52,962 nucleotides of DNA from contig NC_068982.1 of NCBI RefSeq assembly GCF_001194135.2, positions 103,966,420 through 104,019,381 on the forward strand. The letters are read 5' to 3'. Both the position numbers and the translations under genes were made by a program. Origin of the DNA: Octopus bimaculoides. Its lineage: Eukaryota. Positions 1 to 12,524 of the stretch are shown piece by piece. Below the pieces are notes generated by a model. It worked only from the letters and a program-made list of their open reading frames with translations, was not told the DNA's origin and ran no database searches. Each line of letters begins with the position of its first letter. The first letter of the stretch is position 1.

Positions 1-354
1 GTGCGGGTGGCACATGAGATGCACCATTTTGAGCGTGGCCGTTGCCAGTACCGCCTGACTGGCTCCTGTAGGATTTTCGAGCGAGATCGTTGCCAGTGCC
101 CCTGGACTGGCTTGTGCGGGTGGCACATAAAAGACACCATTTCGAGCGTGGCCGTTTTCGTGCGGGTGACACGTAAAAGCACCCACTACACTCTCTGAGT
201 GGTTGGCGTTAGGAAGGGCATCCAGCTGTAGAAACTATGCCAAATCAGACTGGAGCCTGGTGTTGCCATCCGGTTTCACCAGTCCTCAGTCAAATCGTCC
301 AACCCATGCTAGCATGGAAAGCGGACGTTAAACGATGATGATGATGATGATGAT
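1..354 (+). mobile_element. RTE-LINE 3' tail / RTE-related short element
   Basis: Motif gagtggttggcgttaggaagggcatccagctgtagaaac...gttaaacgatgatgat ending in a (GAT)n tail; the same motif recurs about 10 times in the window. The RTE link is inferred from the RTE ORF2 end at 44.8 kb running into the same sequence family at 48.2 kb. Confidence 0.8.
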
Positions 355-441
355 ATGCATACATATATGTACACACTTACATATATATGTATATACATAT
401 GCATATACGGGCACAGGATGTCATAGAACATAAACAACATG

Positions 442-1277
442 AAATCTCTTTTACTCTTTTACTTCTTTCAGTCATTTGACTGTGGCCATGCTGGAGCACC
501 GCCTTTAGTCAAGCAAATCAACTTATTCTTTGGAAGCCTAGTACTTATTCTATCGGTCTCTTTTGCTGAACCATTAAATTACAGGGACGTAAACACACCA
601 CCATCGGTTGTCAAGCAATGTTGGGGGGACAAACAGACACACATAGATATACACACACATACATATATATATGTATGTATATATATATATATATNNNNNN
701 NNNNNNNNNNNNNNNNNNNNNNNNNNNNNNNNNNNNNNNNNNNNNNNNNNNNNNNNNNNNNNNNNNNNNNNNNNNNNNNNNNNNNNNNNNNNNNNNNNNN
801 NNNNNNNNNNNNNNNNNNNNNNNNNNNNNNNNNNNNNNNNNNNNNNNNNNNNNNNNNNNNNNNNNNNNNNNNNNNNNNNNNNNNNNNNNNNNNNNNNNNN
901 NNNNNNNNNNNNNNNNNNNNNNNNNNNNNNNNNNNNNNNNNNNNNNNNNNNNNNNNNNNNNNNNNNNNNNNNNNNNNNNNNNNNNNNNNNNNNNNNNNNN
1001 NNNNNNNNNNNNNNNNNNNNNNNNNNNNNNNNNNNNNNNNNNNNNNNNNNNNNNNNNNNNNNNNNNNNNNNNNNNNNATATATATATATATATATATATA
1101 TAGATACATATATACGATGGGCTTCTTTCAGTTTCTGTCTACCAAATCCACTCAAAAGGCTTTGATCAGCCCGAGGTTATAGTAGAAGACACTTGCCCAA
1201 GATGCTATGCAGTGGGAATGAACCCGGAACCATGTCGTTGGTAAGCAAGCTACTTACCACACAGCCACTCCTGTGCC
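442..1277 (-). mobile_element. tRNA-derived SINE with internal (TA)n microsatellite (gapped)
   Basis: Minus strand: tRNA-like head ggcacaggagtggctgtgtggtaagtagcttgc...ggttccgggttc, internal (TA)n/N gap, 3' tail tgactgaaagaagtaaaagagtaaaagag. Further partial copies at ~25380-25535, 29060-29450, 30540-30665, 38100-38215, 38870-39005 and 48975-49080. Confidence 0.8.
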
Positions 1278-1787
1278 TACGAACGTTTTTTGCGAACAGC
1301 ACAAGAAACAAATGGAAATCAAGACAAGCAACATAAAGAACGACCCTTCATCAGTTGTTGGCTGTTTTTCTACTCCGTATTTCGAGCAATTCACAAGATA
1401 CATCTTTGACAAAACAGCTGCTTCCACAAAGTAAATGAAATAAAATTTGGGATTTTGCAGAGGCTTAACAAAAATAGGACAGTGAAACAAACAGAAAGGG
1501 CTGCTAAGCCTTAACGAGGTGAGGTGGTGAATGCTGGAGGAACAAGTTTTGGCAGGAGACAGACAAGAATGTGTCTGATCTCTGCCGCTGATCAGAAGGA
1601 AAGAAAGAAACTAAAGTTAGGAAAAGAAAGATGGCCGATGGTCACGTGCAAGCAACAAGAGAGCAAAGGAGGAAGTGTGAGGGAGAGAGAGGGACAGACA
1701 GAGAACGATGAAGAAAGCAATGATGATTAACTAGTTCTTGGCAGATTAGCTTGAAATCACCTCCATGTGTTAGGTTAACAGGTTTCT

Positions 1788-1905
1788 CTAGTGTAGTGGT
1801 CCACACAGAGTCAGACAGGTCTTAGGCATTCTGTAAATCCATGTGTGTATCAATGGCATAATTAGTACAAATTGCACAGGGTATCATGTTGTATACAAAA
1901 AAGAA
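1788..1905. repeat. Isolated fragment of the array intron unit
   Basis: gtgtagtggtccacacagagtcagacag..gtcttaggcattctgtaaatccatg...aaaaagaatgg matches the unit body in the 4.3-18.9 kb array; no exon is attached. Confidence 0.8.
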
Positions 1906-2013
1906 TGGTTACATAAGCTATCCATTCATTTTTCTCTACTACTACTATTACTACTACTACTGCACACACGCACATACATATGTATATGTATTATGTGTGT
2001 GTGTGTGTGAGTA

Positions 2014-2064
<51 letters not shown>

Positions 2065-2351
2065 GTATGTATACTAAACTTACTACTCAGCGTTGGCCAG
2101 TAAAGTATTCACAAAACTGTTTGCTATTTTGTAGAATGGGAATTCATGGTACTTATGCATGTATACATATTTAACCTAACTTCTGGATTTATTTAATTGG
2201 AACTATCCAAACAATAGTAATCAATTTACATGAGTAGATTTTTTTAACAATTTTTTTTTCCTGAAAATCACCTATTACTTTTATTTTAAAGTCAAAGAGA
2301 GGAGAAAGGAAATGAGTATGAAAGTGTATATGAAATAGACGTACGTGCATG

Positions 2352-2575
2352 TGTGAGAGAGAGAGAGGGAGAGAAAGAAAGGAGAGAGAGAGAGAAAGAA
2401 AGGAGAGAGAAAGAAAGGAGAGAGAGAGAGAGAAAGAAAGGAGAGAGAGAGAGAGAAAGAAAGGAGAGAGAGAGAGAGAAAGAAAGGAGAGAGAGAGAGA
2501 GAAAGAAAGGAGAGAGAGAGAGAGAAAGAAAGGAGAGAGAGAGAGAGAAAGAAAGGAGAGAGAGAGAGAGAAAGA
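2352..2575. repeat. Compound (AG)n/(GAAAGAAAG) microsatellite
   Basis: Directly visible; source of the spurious RE/LS-repeat ORFs. Confidence 0.95.
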
Positions 2576-3340
2576 CAGTGTGCCACTTACACATACATGA
2601 GAACACACGTTCACTCACTCACACACACTCTCTCTCTCTCTCTCTCACACATGCACACATACATGCAAAAAAGAAATATGCATATATATTGATGTATGTA
2701 AGTATACATGACAACACACCCCTACACTCACTCTCTCTCTCTCTCTTTTCCTGTCTCTCTTTCACACACATGTCCATTTCATACACATGTTCATACATTT
2801 TTCTCTTTCGTCTCTCTTTCACTTTAGAACAAAAGTAAATGAATAAAAAATTTTATGGAAATTAACAAACTCTGGATGATGAAATCACATTCAGTCAAAA
2901 ATATTTCCTAATTATTAAAATATTGTGTACGTCAAAAAGTCAACGGTAGTTTTTTCTTAGAGAGCATAAAGACTATGTGTGTGTATATATCACAGATGGC
3001 AGACGTGTATTTGTGTTGATTGACATGCCATGACATTCATTATATGTCCGTGTATTCTGTATGTGTATATGTGTGTTGATGTCATGGAAGCCATTTATTT
3101 TTTTCATCAAGAAATAATAGAAACTGTGTTTAATCGTTTAAATAGAGGTCCAAATGTCAGCAGTACAGCATGTCATTTCCAAATTTCAGGTGGAGTAAAT
3201 TGTGTCATGGTGCTGTTTTTGTCATAGACAGTGCCCAACTGAACCTACTATACTGTGTAGTCGACAAAATATAAAACAAATCATGTACAGGTGCAAAATT
3301 ACAAATGTAAAATGGCAACAATTTACTCATCGCACCCTCA

Positions 3341-3371
<31 letters not shown>

Positions 3372-3378
3372 GAATAAT

Positions 3379-4127
3379 AATAAAGAGTATGGTGAGATGT
3401 ACACTCACAAAATTTATTTTTTAGTTATATGCATCATATTACAATGACCTACATGTGTTTCTGCGGCAGTGGCTACTCACTGCAGCGAATGGAACCTTAT
3501 CATATTGTCAGTGCAGTTTCTTCAGGGTCTATCCATTTGATCGGAGGCGCAATGGCCCAGTGGTTAGGGCAGCAGACTCATGGTCATAGGATCGCGGTTT
3601 CAATTCCCAGACCGGGCGTTGTGAGTGTTTATTGAGCGAAAACATATAAAGCTCCACGAGGCTCCAGCAGGGGATGGTGGTGAACCCTGCTGTACTCTTT
3701 CACCACAACTTTTTCTCACTCTTACTTCCTGTTTCTGTTGTGCCTGTAATTCAAAGGGTCAGCCTTGTCACACTGTGTCATGCTGAATATCCCCGAGAAC
3801 TACGTTAAGGGTACACGTGTCTGTGGAGTGCTCAGCCACTTGCACATTAATTTCACGAGCAGGCTGTTCCGTTGATCGGATCAACTGGAACTCTCGATGT
3901 TGTAAGCGACGGAGTACCAACAACAATCCATTTGATCATCCTTGAAGTTCACTTTGAGGATGACCAAATGGACAAACTCTGATGAAGCTGCACTGACAAT
4001 ATTGCAAGGTTACATTTACAAAAGTGAGCAGTCACTGAAGCAGACACACACGTGTAGGTCATTATAATATGCTATATATAAGTATAAAATAAAATTTGTG
4101 GATATACAAGTCCCCATACACTTTATT
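3379..4127. mobile_element. Foldback/MITE-like palindrome (arms ~170 bp, 4-nt loop) interrupted by a SINE
   Basis: Left arm catattacaatgacctacatgtg...atattgtcagtgcagtttcttcagggtctatccatttg is the reverse complement of right arm caaatggacaaactctgatgaagctgcactgacaatat...cacgtgtaggtcattataatatg. Centre loop ttca at 3948-3951. Confidence 0.85.
3543..3925 (+). mobile_element. Full-length tRNA-derived SINE with 12-bp TSD
   Basis: tRNA-like A/B boxes (tggcccagtggttagg; ggtttcaattccc), (CAA)n tail, TSD atccatttgatc at 3531-3542 and 3926-3937. Second copy at 51342-51724 on minus. Confidence 0.9.
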
Positions 4128-4386
4128 CTTATTAATATTAGTTTATACTGCAGAAAATTTTTACCGTTCAGTGACGAGTACATGGAATTACTCATCAGAA
4201 GGATTCACAGAGTGACTAACAACTAAATGAAGACACAGACGCTAGATACTGATGCTTGTGGTTAGCCATTAACTAGAACTTAATTGAGAGCTAATACGGT
4301 GTCCACTTGGATAATATAACACTCCAATGGTTGAATAGATGGTTCTTAATCCAGGACAAGCGAATTAATATATCTTAAATAATTAC

Positions 4387-4431
4387 CTTGTCAGCATCCT
4401 TGTCATCTTCAGGACTTAGAGAAGATGTTCC
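4387..4431 (-). CDS. Array micro-exon 13 (45 nt): GTSSLSPEDDKDADK
   Basis: attttacag|GGA...AAG|gtaatt; phase 0/0, no stop. Confidence 0.75.
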
Positions 4432-5064
4432 CTGTAAAATAAAATGGAAGCATATATATTTATGATTCCATTAATGTAGTAAATATATTTTTTGATTTTA
4501 AATAGTACAACATTTAAACTGATAAGTGTAGAGTTCATACACAGTCTGACAGTTGTCTACTGGTCTTAGGCATTCTGTAACTCCATATATGTATTAATGG
4601 TATAATTGATACATATTGCAAAATGCATAATTTTCTATATAAAAAAGAATGGAAAGCTCAGTGTATCACATGTATCTCAATAGCATGTTTCTTTATGACG
4701 AATGCAAAGTACATTATACAACAATTCATAATTCTGCATTGTCACATAACTCTTATTTAATCAGGTGATATTCAGCAACCATTCCATGAAATACAATGGA
4801 TCTCTGGGGATTGAGGTCTTAAGGTCTTTATCAACATAGATTTGACTACAGTTTACCCAGTATCACCTGAGGAAATGGGATTGTTCAGCAACAAAGAGAA
4901 ATTACGCAATGTTGAGTAATGTAGTTGCAGTTTGCACTGATAATAAATAATCACACTGTTGAGATGCATGTAATGACGTTTTGAGCTATTCATTCAATTT
5001 TGTTTAATACACAGTGTAACTCAGTGCTAGAAGTGTTGTCCCACCCACAGGTAACAATAGAATT

Positions 5065-6143
5065 TCCATGTACCCTACCCCTAGAATCCAAACTACATCT
5101 CCTCTCCTAAACTGCATTACTTCTATTTCTTACAATTCTTCTTCATACACTATGATTTTCTTCCACTTCCCATCCTTGCCTTCAGTGCCCTGCTCACTGT
5201 ACTGCTGCTTTCCCCATCCCTCTCTTTATTTCCAGGTTCCCACCAGCCACTGCATTCCCACTCCATTCCCTACTTGCATCTTCTTGGCAAAACCTGGCCA
5301 CATATGTTATGTCTCTGTACCTTGAGGGCATGTCCTGGCAATTGCTCCCATTTATCTCTCTTCCTTACTTTGTCACTATGCACTGAATCCCATTCCTTGT
5401 GTGCATATCCTGGCACTTCACCACTATCTCTCTGCTGCTCTCTCTCTTGCACTCTTGCTGTCATCCACTCTCTATTTCTCTTTCCCTGGCTCTTCCTTTT
5501 GGTTGGGTAACAATATATCTCCTCTACAGCAGCACACCTGTTCCAGCCCTCATTTTTGATTGCTTTCTCTGTCTTCTTCTCCTGCACTCCTCACTGGCTA
5601 GGTAACTAAGTCTTTCCTTTACAGCAACACACATTTCTATCCTCATTCTTGTACCCTCGCTTTCCCTCTCTTTCTCTTCCCCCCCTCTCTCTCTTGGCTG
5701 AGTAACCATGTATCCGCTATATAGCAGACACCTGTTTCTGCCTTTCTATTTCTCTGTCACATTCTAATCTTTCATCAGCTGATGCAAGATCACCTCCTCT
5801 AATGTCTCTACCCATCTGAAAATTCCTTTTCTTGCAAGTTACTTAGTGACCCTGCTGGTGCCACCATAAAGAGCAGCCAGTCTACACTGTGAAGTGGTTC
5901 GCATTTGAAAGGGCATCCAGCTGTAAAACCGATGCCAAAACTGACTTCACATGTGCTGGTGCCACATAAAAAGTACTCAGTCCTCTCTACAGGGTGGCTG
6001 CTGCTAGGAAGGGCAACCAGCAGTAAAAACCATGCCTAAACAGACACAGCAGCCTGGTGTTGTCTTCTACCTGGCCGGCTCCCGTCAAACTGTCCAACCC
6101 ATGCCAGCATGGTAGAAGGAGGTTAAATGATAGTGATGATGAT
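5065..6143 (+). mobile_element. CT-rich repeat ending in RTE-type tail, inserted in array intron
   Basis: Ends with aggaagggcaaccagcagtaaaaacc...gttaaatgatagtgatgatgat; similar CT-rich body plus tail at 44930-45672; interrupts the array unit. Confidence 0.65.
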
Positions 6144-6249
6144 GACACACGTGCACGCGCACACACATACACACACAAACAATGGTACAGATGGTTAAAT
6201 AGTTGCTTTAAATCCAGGACAAGCAAATTAATATAGCTTTAATAATTAC

Positions 6250-6297
6250 CCTGTCAGGACTCAGGCGTGATTCTCTAGGACTTAAGGCAGATCCTCT
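6250..6297 (-). CDS. Array micro-exon 12 (48 nt): RGSALSPRESRLSPDR
   Basis: ttttgctttacag|AGA...AGG|gtaatt; phase 0/0. Confidence 0.75.
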
Positions 6298-6977
6298 CTG
6301 TAAAGCAAAAGGAAAGTGTATATATTTATGATACTATTAAGAAAGTAAATATATTTCTTGATTTTAAACAGCACAATTGCTCAGTGAAGAATCTATACAG
6401 AGTCAGACAGTTGTCTACTGGTCTTAAACATCCTGTAAATCTATGTATGTATCAATAGCATAATTGGTACATATTGCAAAGTGCATTATTTTGTATACAG
6501 AAAAAGAATGGAAAGCTCAACATATCACCACATGCATTTCAATAGCATGGTTATTAATGACGAATGCAAAGTACATTAAATAACATTACATAATTTTGCA
6601 TTGTCACATAACAATTCTGTTTCATCAGGAAACCTTCAGCAACCATTCTGTGAAATGCAATCAATCTATGGAGAAAAAGATCTTTATACTCATAGATTCG
6701 ACTGTGTTTTATCTAGTATAGCCTAAGGAAAATTTGTGGTTATGCAACAATATGAAATTACGTAATGTTAAGCAATGTACATTGCTCTGATAGTAGATAA
6801 TTGCACTGTTAAGATGTTTTGAGCTCTCCATTAAATTTTCTTAACCACACACACACACACACGCACACACAACACAAAACAGACGCACACACACATGTAC
6901 ACTCATATGATGTTATGATAGTTGAATAGTTGCATTTCAATCCAGGACAAGCAAATTTATATATCTTAAATAATTAC

Positions 6978-7025
6978 TTTGTCAGCATTCACGAGGTTAT
7001 CTTTGGTCATAATGACCAATTTTCT
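6978..7025 (-). CDS. Array micro-exon 11 (48 nt): RKLVIMTKDNLVNADK
   Basis: tttagtttacag|AGA...AAA|gtaatt; phase 0/0; visible in the ORF track as LQRKLVIMTKDNLVNADKVII. Confidence 0.75.
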
Positions 7026-7806
7026 CTGTAAACTAAATATATATNNNNNNNNNNNNNNNNNNNNNNNNNNNNNNNNNNNNNNNNNNNNNNNNNNNNNNNN
7101 NNNNNNNNNNNNNNNNNNNNNNNNNNNNNNNNNNNNNNNNNNNNTATATATATATATATATATATATGATTCTAATGGTATAGTAAATATATTTCTTGAT
7201 TTTAAATAGTTCAACATTTAAATTAGTGAGTGTAGTGGTCCATGCAAAGCTAGAGAGTTGTCTACTGGTCTTAGGCATTCTGGAAACCCACGTATGCTAC
7301 AATAGCATAATTGATACATATTGCAAAGTGCATCCTTTTGCTTAAAAAATATAACACCACATGCATTTCTATAGCATGTTATTTATTACAAATACAAAGT
7401 ATATTATTTAACAGTACATAATTCTGCATTGTCTCAGAGCCATACCATTTCATCAGATGATATTCAACAATTCCATGAAACACAATCTATGGGAATAAAG
7501 ATCTTTATCCTCGTAGATTTGACTGCACTTTACCCAGTATCACCTGAGGAAATGTTCTGGCTTTGCAACAATGTTCAATTACGTAATGCTATATAATGTA
7601 TTTTGCACTGATAATAAAGAATCACAATGTTAAGATGTGTGTAATGATGTTTTGAACTATCCATTCAGTTTTCTTTACCACACACATGCGCACACACACA
7701 CACAAAGACACATGCATACACACGTGCACTCACACTTACACAATGGTATAGGAGGTTGAATAGTGCTTTTCAGTTCATGACAAATTAATACAGCTTTAAT
7801 AATTAC

Positions 7807-7845
7807 CTTTTCAGCATCCTTGTAGTCTTCTTTGGCAGAATTTTT
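7807..7845 (-). CDS. Array micro-exon 10 (39 nt): KNSAKEDYKDAEK
   Basis: ttttattttacag|AAA...AAG|gtaatt; in-frame 9-nt deletion relative to the 48-nt copies. Confidence 0.75.
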
Positions 7846-8412
7846 CTGTAAAATAAAATGAAAGCATATATATTTACGATTCCATTAATATAGCAAATAT
7901 ATTTCTTAATTTTGAATAATACAACATTTCAATTGTTCAATATAGTGGTTTATACACAGTCAGACAGTTGTCTATTGGTCGGAGTCATTCTGTAATTCTA
8001 TGTATGTGTCAAGGACATAATTGGTACATATTGCATTGTGCATGGTTTTGTATAAGAAAAAGAATGGAAAGCTCAACATATCACCACATGCATTTCAATA
8101 GCATGTTATTTATTACAAATGCAAAGTACATTATATAACATTACATAATTCTACATTGTCACAGAGCCATACCATTTCATCAGATAATATTCAACAACCA
8201 TTCCGTGAAAGATAATCAATCTAGGGGTATAAAAAGCTTTATCCTCATAGATTTGATTGCATTTAATCCAGTATTACCTGAGGAAATATTCTAACTGTGC
8301 AACAATGTTCAATTATGTAATGTTATGTAATGTACTTTGCACTGATAACAAAGAATTACAATGTTTAGATGTGTGTAATGTTGTTTTGAACTATTCATTC
8401 AGTCTTCTTTAC

Positions 8413-8450
<38 letters not shown>

Positions 8451-8562
8451 CACTCACACATACACAAATACATACAAACTCACAAACACACTTACATAAT
8501 GGTATAGGAGATTGAATAGTGCTTTTCAGTTCATGACAAATTAAAACAACTTTAATAATTAC

Positions 8563-8610
8563 CCTTTTAGCATCCTTGTAGTCTTCTTTAGAGCTTATGG
8601 CAGATTTTTT
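8563..8610 (-). CDS. Array micro-exon 9 (48 nt): KKSAISSKEDYKDAKR
   Basis: ttttattttacag|AAA...AGG|gtaatt; phase 0/0. Confidence 0.75.
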
Positions 8611-9300
8611 CTGTAAAATAAAATGAAAGCATATATATTTACGATTCCATTAATATAGCAAATATATTTCTTGATTTTAAATAATACAACATTTAAATTG
8701 TTCTATTAGTGGTTTATACACAGTCAGACAGTTGTCTACTGGTCTTAGACATTCTGTAATTCCATGTATGTGTTAATGACATAATTGGTACATATTGCAT
8801 TGAGCATGGTTTTGTATAAAAAAGAGTATGGAAAGCTCAACATATCACCACATGCATTTCAATAGCATGTTATTTATTACAAATGCAAAGTATATAACAT
8901 TACATAATTCTGCATTGTCACAGAGCCATACCATTTCATCAGAAAATATTCAACAACCATTCAGTGAAAGCTAATCAATCTAGGGGTATAAAGAGCTTTA
9001 TCCTCATAGATTTGACTGCACCTGAGGAAATGTTCTAACTGTGCAACAATGTTCAATTATGTAATGTTATGTAATGTACTTTGCACTTATAAGAAAGAAT
9101 TACAATGTTAAGATGTGTGTAATGATGTTTTGAACTATCCACTCAATTTTCTTTACCACACACATGCGCACTCACATACACAAATACACATGCACACATG
9201 CACACACACAAACACACAAACACACACACTTACACGATGCTATAGGAGATTGAATAGTGCTTTTCAGTTCATGACAAATTAATACAGCTTTAATGATTAC

Positions 9301-9348
9301 CTTTTCAGCATCCTTGTAGTCCTCTTTAGAGCTTATGACAGATTTCTT
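9301..9348 (-). CDS. Array micro-exon 8 (48 nt): KKSVISSKEDYKDAEK
   Basis: ttttattttacag|AAG...AAG|gtaatc; phase 0/0. Confidence 0.75.
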
Positions 9349-10029
9349 CTGTAAAATAAAATGAAAGCATATATATTTATGATTTCATTAATATAGCAAA
9401 TATATTTCTTGATTTTAAATAATACAACATTTAAATTGTTCTATTAGTGGTTTATACAGTCAGACAGTTGTCTATTGGTCTTAGACATTCTGTAATTTCA
9501 TGTATGTATCAATGACATAATTTGTACATATTGCATTGTGCATGGTTTTGTATAAAAAAGAGAATGGAAAGCTCAACATATCACCACATGCATTTCAATA
9601 GCATGTTATTTATTACAAATGCAAAGTATATAACATTACATAATTCTGCATTGTCACAGAGCCATACCATTTCATCAGATGATATTCAACAACCATTCCA
9701 TGGAAGACAATCAATCTATGGGGATAAAAAGCTTTATCCTCATAGATTTGACTGCATTTAACCCAGTATAACCTGAGGAAAGGTTTTAACTGTGCAACAA
9801 TGTTCAATTATGTAATGTTATGTAATGTACTTTGCACTGATAACAAAGAATTACAATGTTTAGATGTGTGTAATGTTGTTTGGAACTATTCATTCAGTCT
9901 TCTTTACCATACACATGCACACACACATACATAAATACATACAAACACACACACACACTTACACAATGGTATAGGAGATTGAATAGTGCTTTCCAGTTCA
10001 TGACAAATTAAAACATCTTTAATAATTAC

Positions 10030-10077
10030 CCTTTTAGCATCCTTGTAGTCTTCTTTAGAGCTTATGGCAGATTTTTT
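10030..10077 (-). CDS. Array micro-exon 7 (48 nt): KKSAISSKEDYKDAKR
   Basis: Identical to the 8563-8610 exon; canonical AG/GT. Confidence 0.75.
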
Positions 10078-10568
10078 CTGTAAAATAAAATGAAAGCATA
10101 TATATTTATGATTTCATTAATGTATCAAATAATTTTTTTTGTTTTTAAATAGTACAACGTTTATATTGTTCTATGTAGTAGTTTATATACATTTAGACAG
10201 TTAATCAGGTGATATTCAGCAATCACTCATTGAAATACAGTCAATCTTGGAGAATAAAAATATTTATCCTCAAAGATATGACTGCATTTACTCAGCTTCA
10301 CTCAAGTAAGCTTCGTAGTTATGCAACAATGTGGAATTATGCAATATTATGTAACATACTTTATATTGACAATAAATAATTACACTGTTGAGACATGTGT
10401 AATAATGTTTTGAGTTATCCATTCATTTTTTTACTACACACACAAACACACAGAAACACAAATACATCCACACACTAACACACACACACACACACTCAAT
10501 GGCATAGATAGTTGAATAGTTGCTTTTCAATCCAGATGAGCAAATTGATATATATGTTTAATAATTAC

Positions 10569-10616
10569 CTTGTCAACATTCAGGTGTGTTTCTCTAGAAC
10601 TTACAGCAGATTGTTT
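10569..10616 (-). CDS. Array micro-exon 6 (48 nt): KQSAVSSRETHLNVDK
   Basis: cctttgttttacag|AAA...AAG|gtaatt; phase 0/0. Confidence 0.75.
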
Positions 10617-11289
10617 CTGTAAAACAAAGGAAAGCACATATATTCATATTTATATATTAACATGATTCCATTAATGTAGTAAATATATATCTTGATTTCA
10701 AATAGTACATTTAAACTGGTCAGTGAAGAGTCCCCACAGAGTCAGACAGCTGACTACTGGTCTTGGGCATTCTGTAAATCCATATATGTATCAAAGGCGT
10801 AATTAGTACATATTTCAAAGTGCATCATTGTGTACAGTGTAAAAGAATGGGGAGCTGAACATATCAGATGTACCTCAATAGCATGGTTATTTCTGACAAA
10901 TGCAAAGGACATAATATAGCATTACATAATTCTGCATTGTCACATAACAATTCCATATAATCAGGTAATATTCAGCAATCACTCATTGAAAAACAAACAT
11001 TTTTTTGAGAATAAAAATCTTTATCCACATAGATTTCACTGCAGTTTACCCAGTATCACCTGAGGAAACAGTGGTTTTGCGACAATGTAAAATTACGTAG
11101 TGTTGAGTAATGTACTTTTCACTGATAATACATAATCACACAGTTGAGATGTCTGTAATGATGTTTTGAGCTATTCATTCATTTTTTTATCACACACACA
11201 CACACACACACGTGTGCGCATGCACACACACACATACACAAACACACAATGAATAGTTGCTTTTCAATCTAAGAAAAGCAAATTAATAT

Positions 11290-11490
11290 CTACTATAATA
11301 ATACTCTTATGTATTTCTTCGCCACAACATATGAATGAGAAAGGAAGGGATGATAGATGAATAAGGAAGGAAGGGGTGATGGCAAACTTGGTAGTGGGAT
11401 GATGGCAGTTATACGGTAAAAAAAAAAAATCAAACAGCACTTCAACTCTGCGTGAGTATATGTGTGTGTACATAAAAGGGAGTTATGTAA

Positions 11491-11532
<42 letters not shown>

Positions 11533-11724
11533 AATGGAAGTGGGATGGTGAATATTCAATGCTGAAAACAAAAGCCAAACAGCTTTTCAACTCTGTGTGA
11601 GTATATGTGTGTGCATGTACAAGGGAAGTATGTAAGTGTTTCTATCTATAATTATTTTGTACCTCATTTATCTATAAAATACTACAATTAGCCGTCATTT
11701 TTGTCAGCACGGGGCCAGCAAATC
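11290..11724 (+). mobile_element. Non-autonomous Helitron-like insertion in array intron
   Basis: Splits the unit consensus gcaaattaatatatctttaataattacc; begins tctactataata, contains (TG)n, ends near gcacggggccagc. Family assignment from terminal resemblance only. Confidence 0.5.
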
Positions 11725-11734
11725 TTATAATTAC

Positions 11735-11782
11735 CTTGTCAGCATCCTTGTAGTCATCTTTAGAACTTTTGGCAGATTTTTT
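11735..11782 (-). CDS. Array micro-exon 5 (48 nt): KKSAKSSKDDYKDADK
   Basis: cattttgcag|AAA...AAG|gtaatt; phase 0/0. Confidence 0.75.
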
Positions 11783-12476
11783 CTGCAAAATGAAATGAAA
11801 GCATATATATTTATGATTCCATTAATGTAGTAAATATAGTTTTTGATTTTAAATAGTACAACATTTAAACTGATGAGTGTAGAGTCCATACATTGTCAGA
11901 CACTTGTCTACTGGTCTTAGGCATTCTGTAAATCTATGTATGTATCACTGGCATAACTGGTACATATTGCAAAGTGCATCATTTTGTATACAACAAAAGA
12001 ATGGAAAACTCAACATATCACCACATGCATTTCAATAGCAGGATTATTTATTATGAATGCAAAGTACACTATGTAACATTACATAACTCTGCATTGTCAC
12101 ATAACCACACTTCTTCATCAATTGATATTCAACAATCATGCATTGAAATGCAATCAATCGTTGGGGATGAAGATCTTTATCCTCATAGATATGTCTGAAG
12201 TTTACCCAAGTATTACCTGAGAAAATGTCAAGGTTATGCCAGGTCATGAAATCACATAATGTTATATAATGTACTTTGCACTGATAATAAAGAATCACAC
12301 AATTGAGATGTGTGCAATGATGTTTTGAATGATCCATTTAATTTTTTTTTGATACACACAGACCCCCAAACATACACACCCACACACACAAACAAACACA
12401 CACACAATGGTATAAATGGTTGAATAGTTGCTTTTCAATCCCTGGACAAGTAATTTAATATATCTGTAATAATTAC

Positions 12477-12524
12477 CTTGTCACCATCCAGGCTACCATC
12501 TCTGGAACTTAAGGCAGATTTTCT
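12477..12524 (-). CDS. Array micro-exon 4 (48 nt): RKSALSSRDGSLDGDK
   Basis: ttcgttttacag|AGA...AAG|gtaatt; phase 0/0. Confidence 0.75.

Noticed and set aside
439-1182. Long ORFs in the track (also 6966-7278 and 15950-17255)
   Set aside because: They are open only because of N gaps and (TA)n or (CT)n microsatellites.
2189-2838. RE-rich and LS-rich ORFs
   Set aside because: Translations of an (AG)n compound microsatellite, open on both strands.
11735-11758. DDYKDADK resembles the FLAG tag DYKDDDDK
   Set aside because: One variant of the natural repeat within native intron context; coincidence, not vector contamination.
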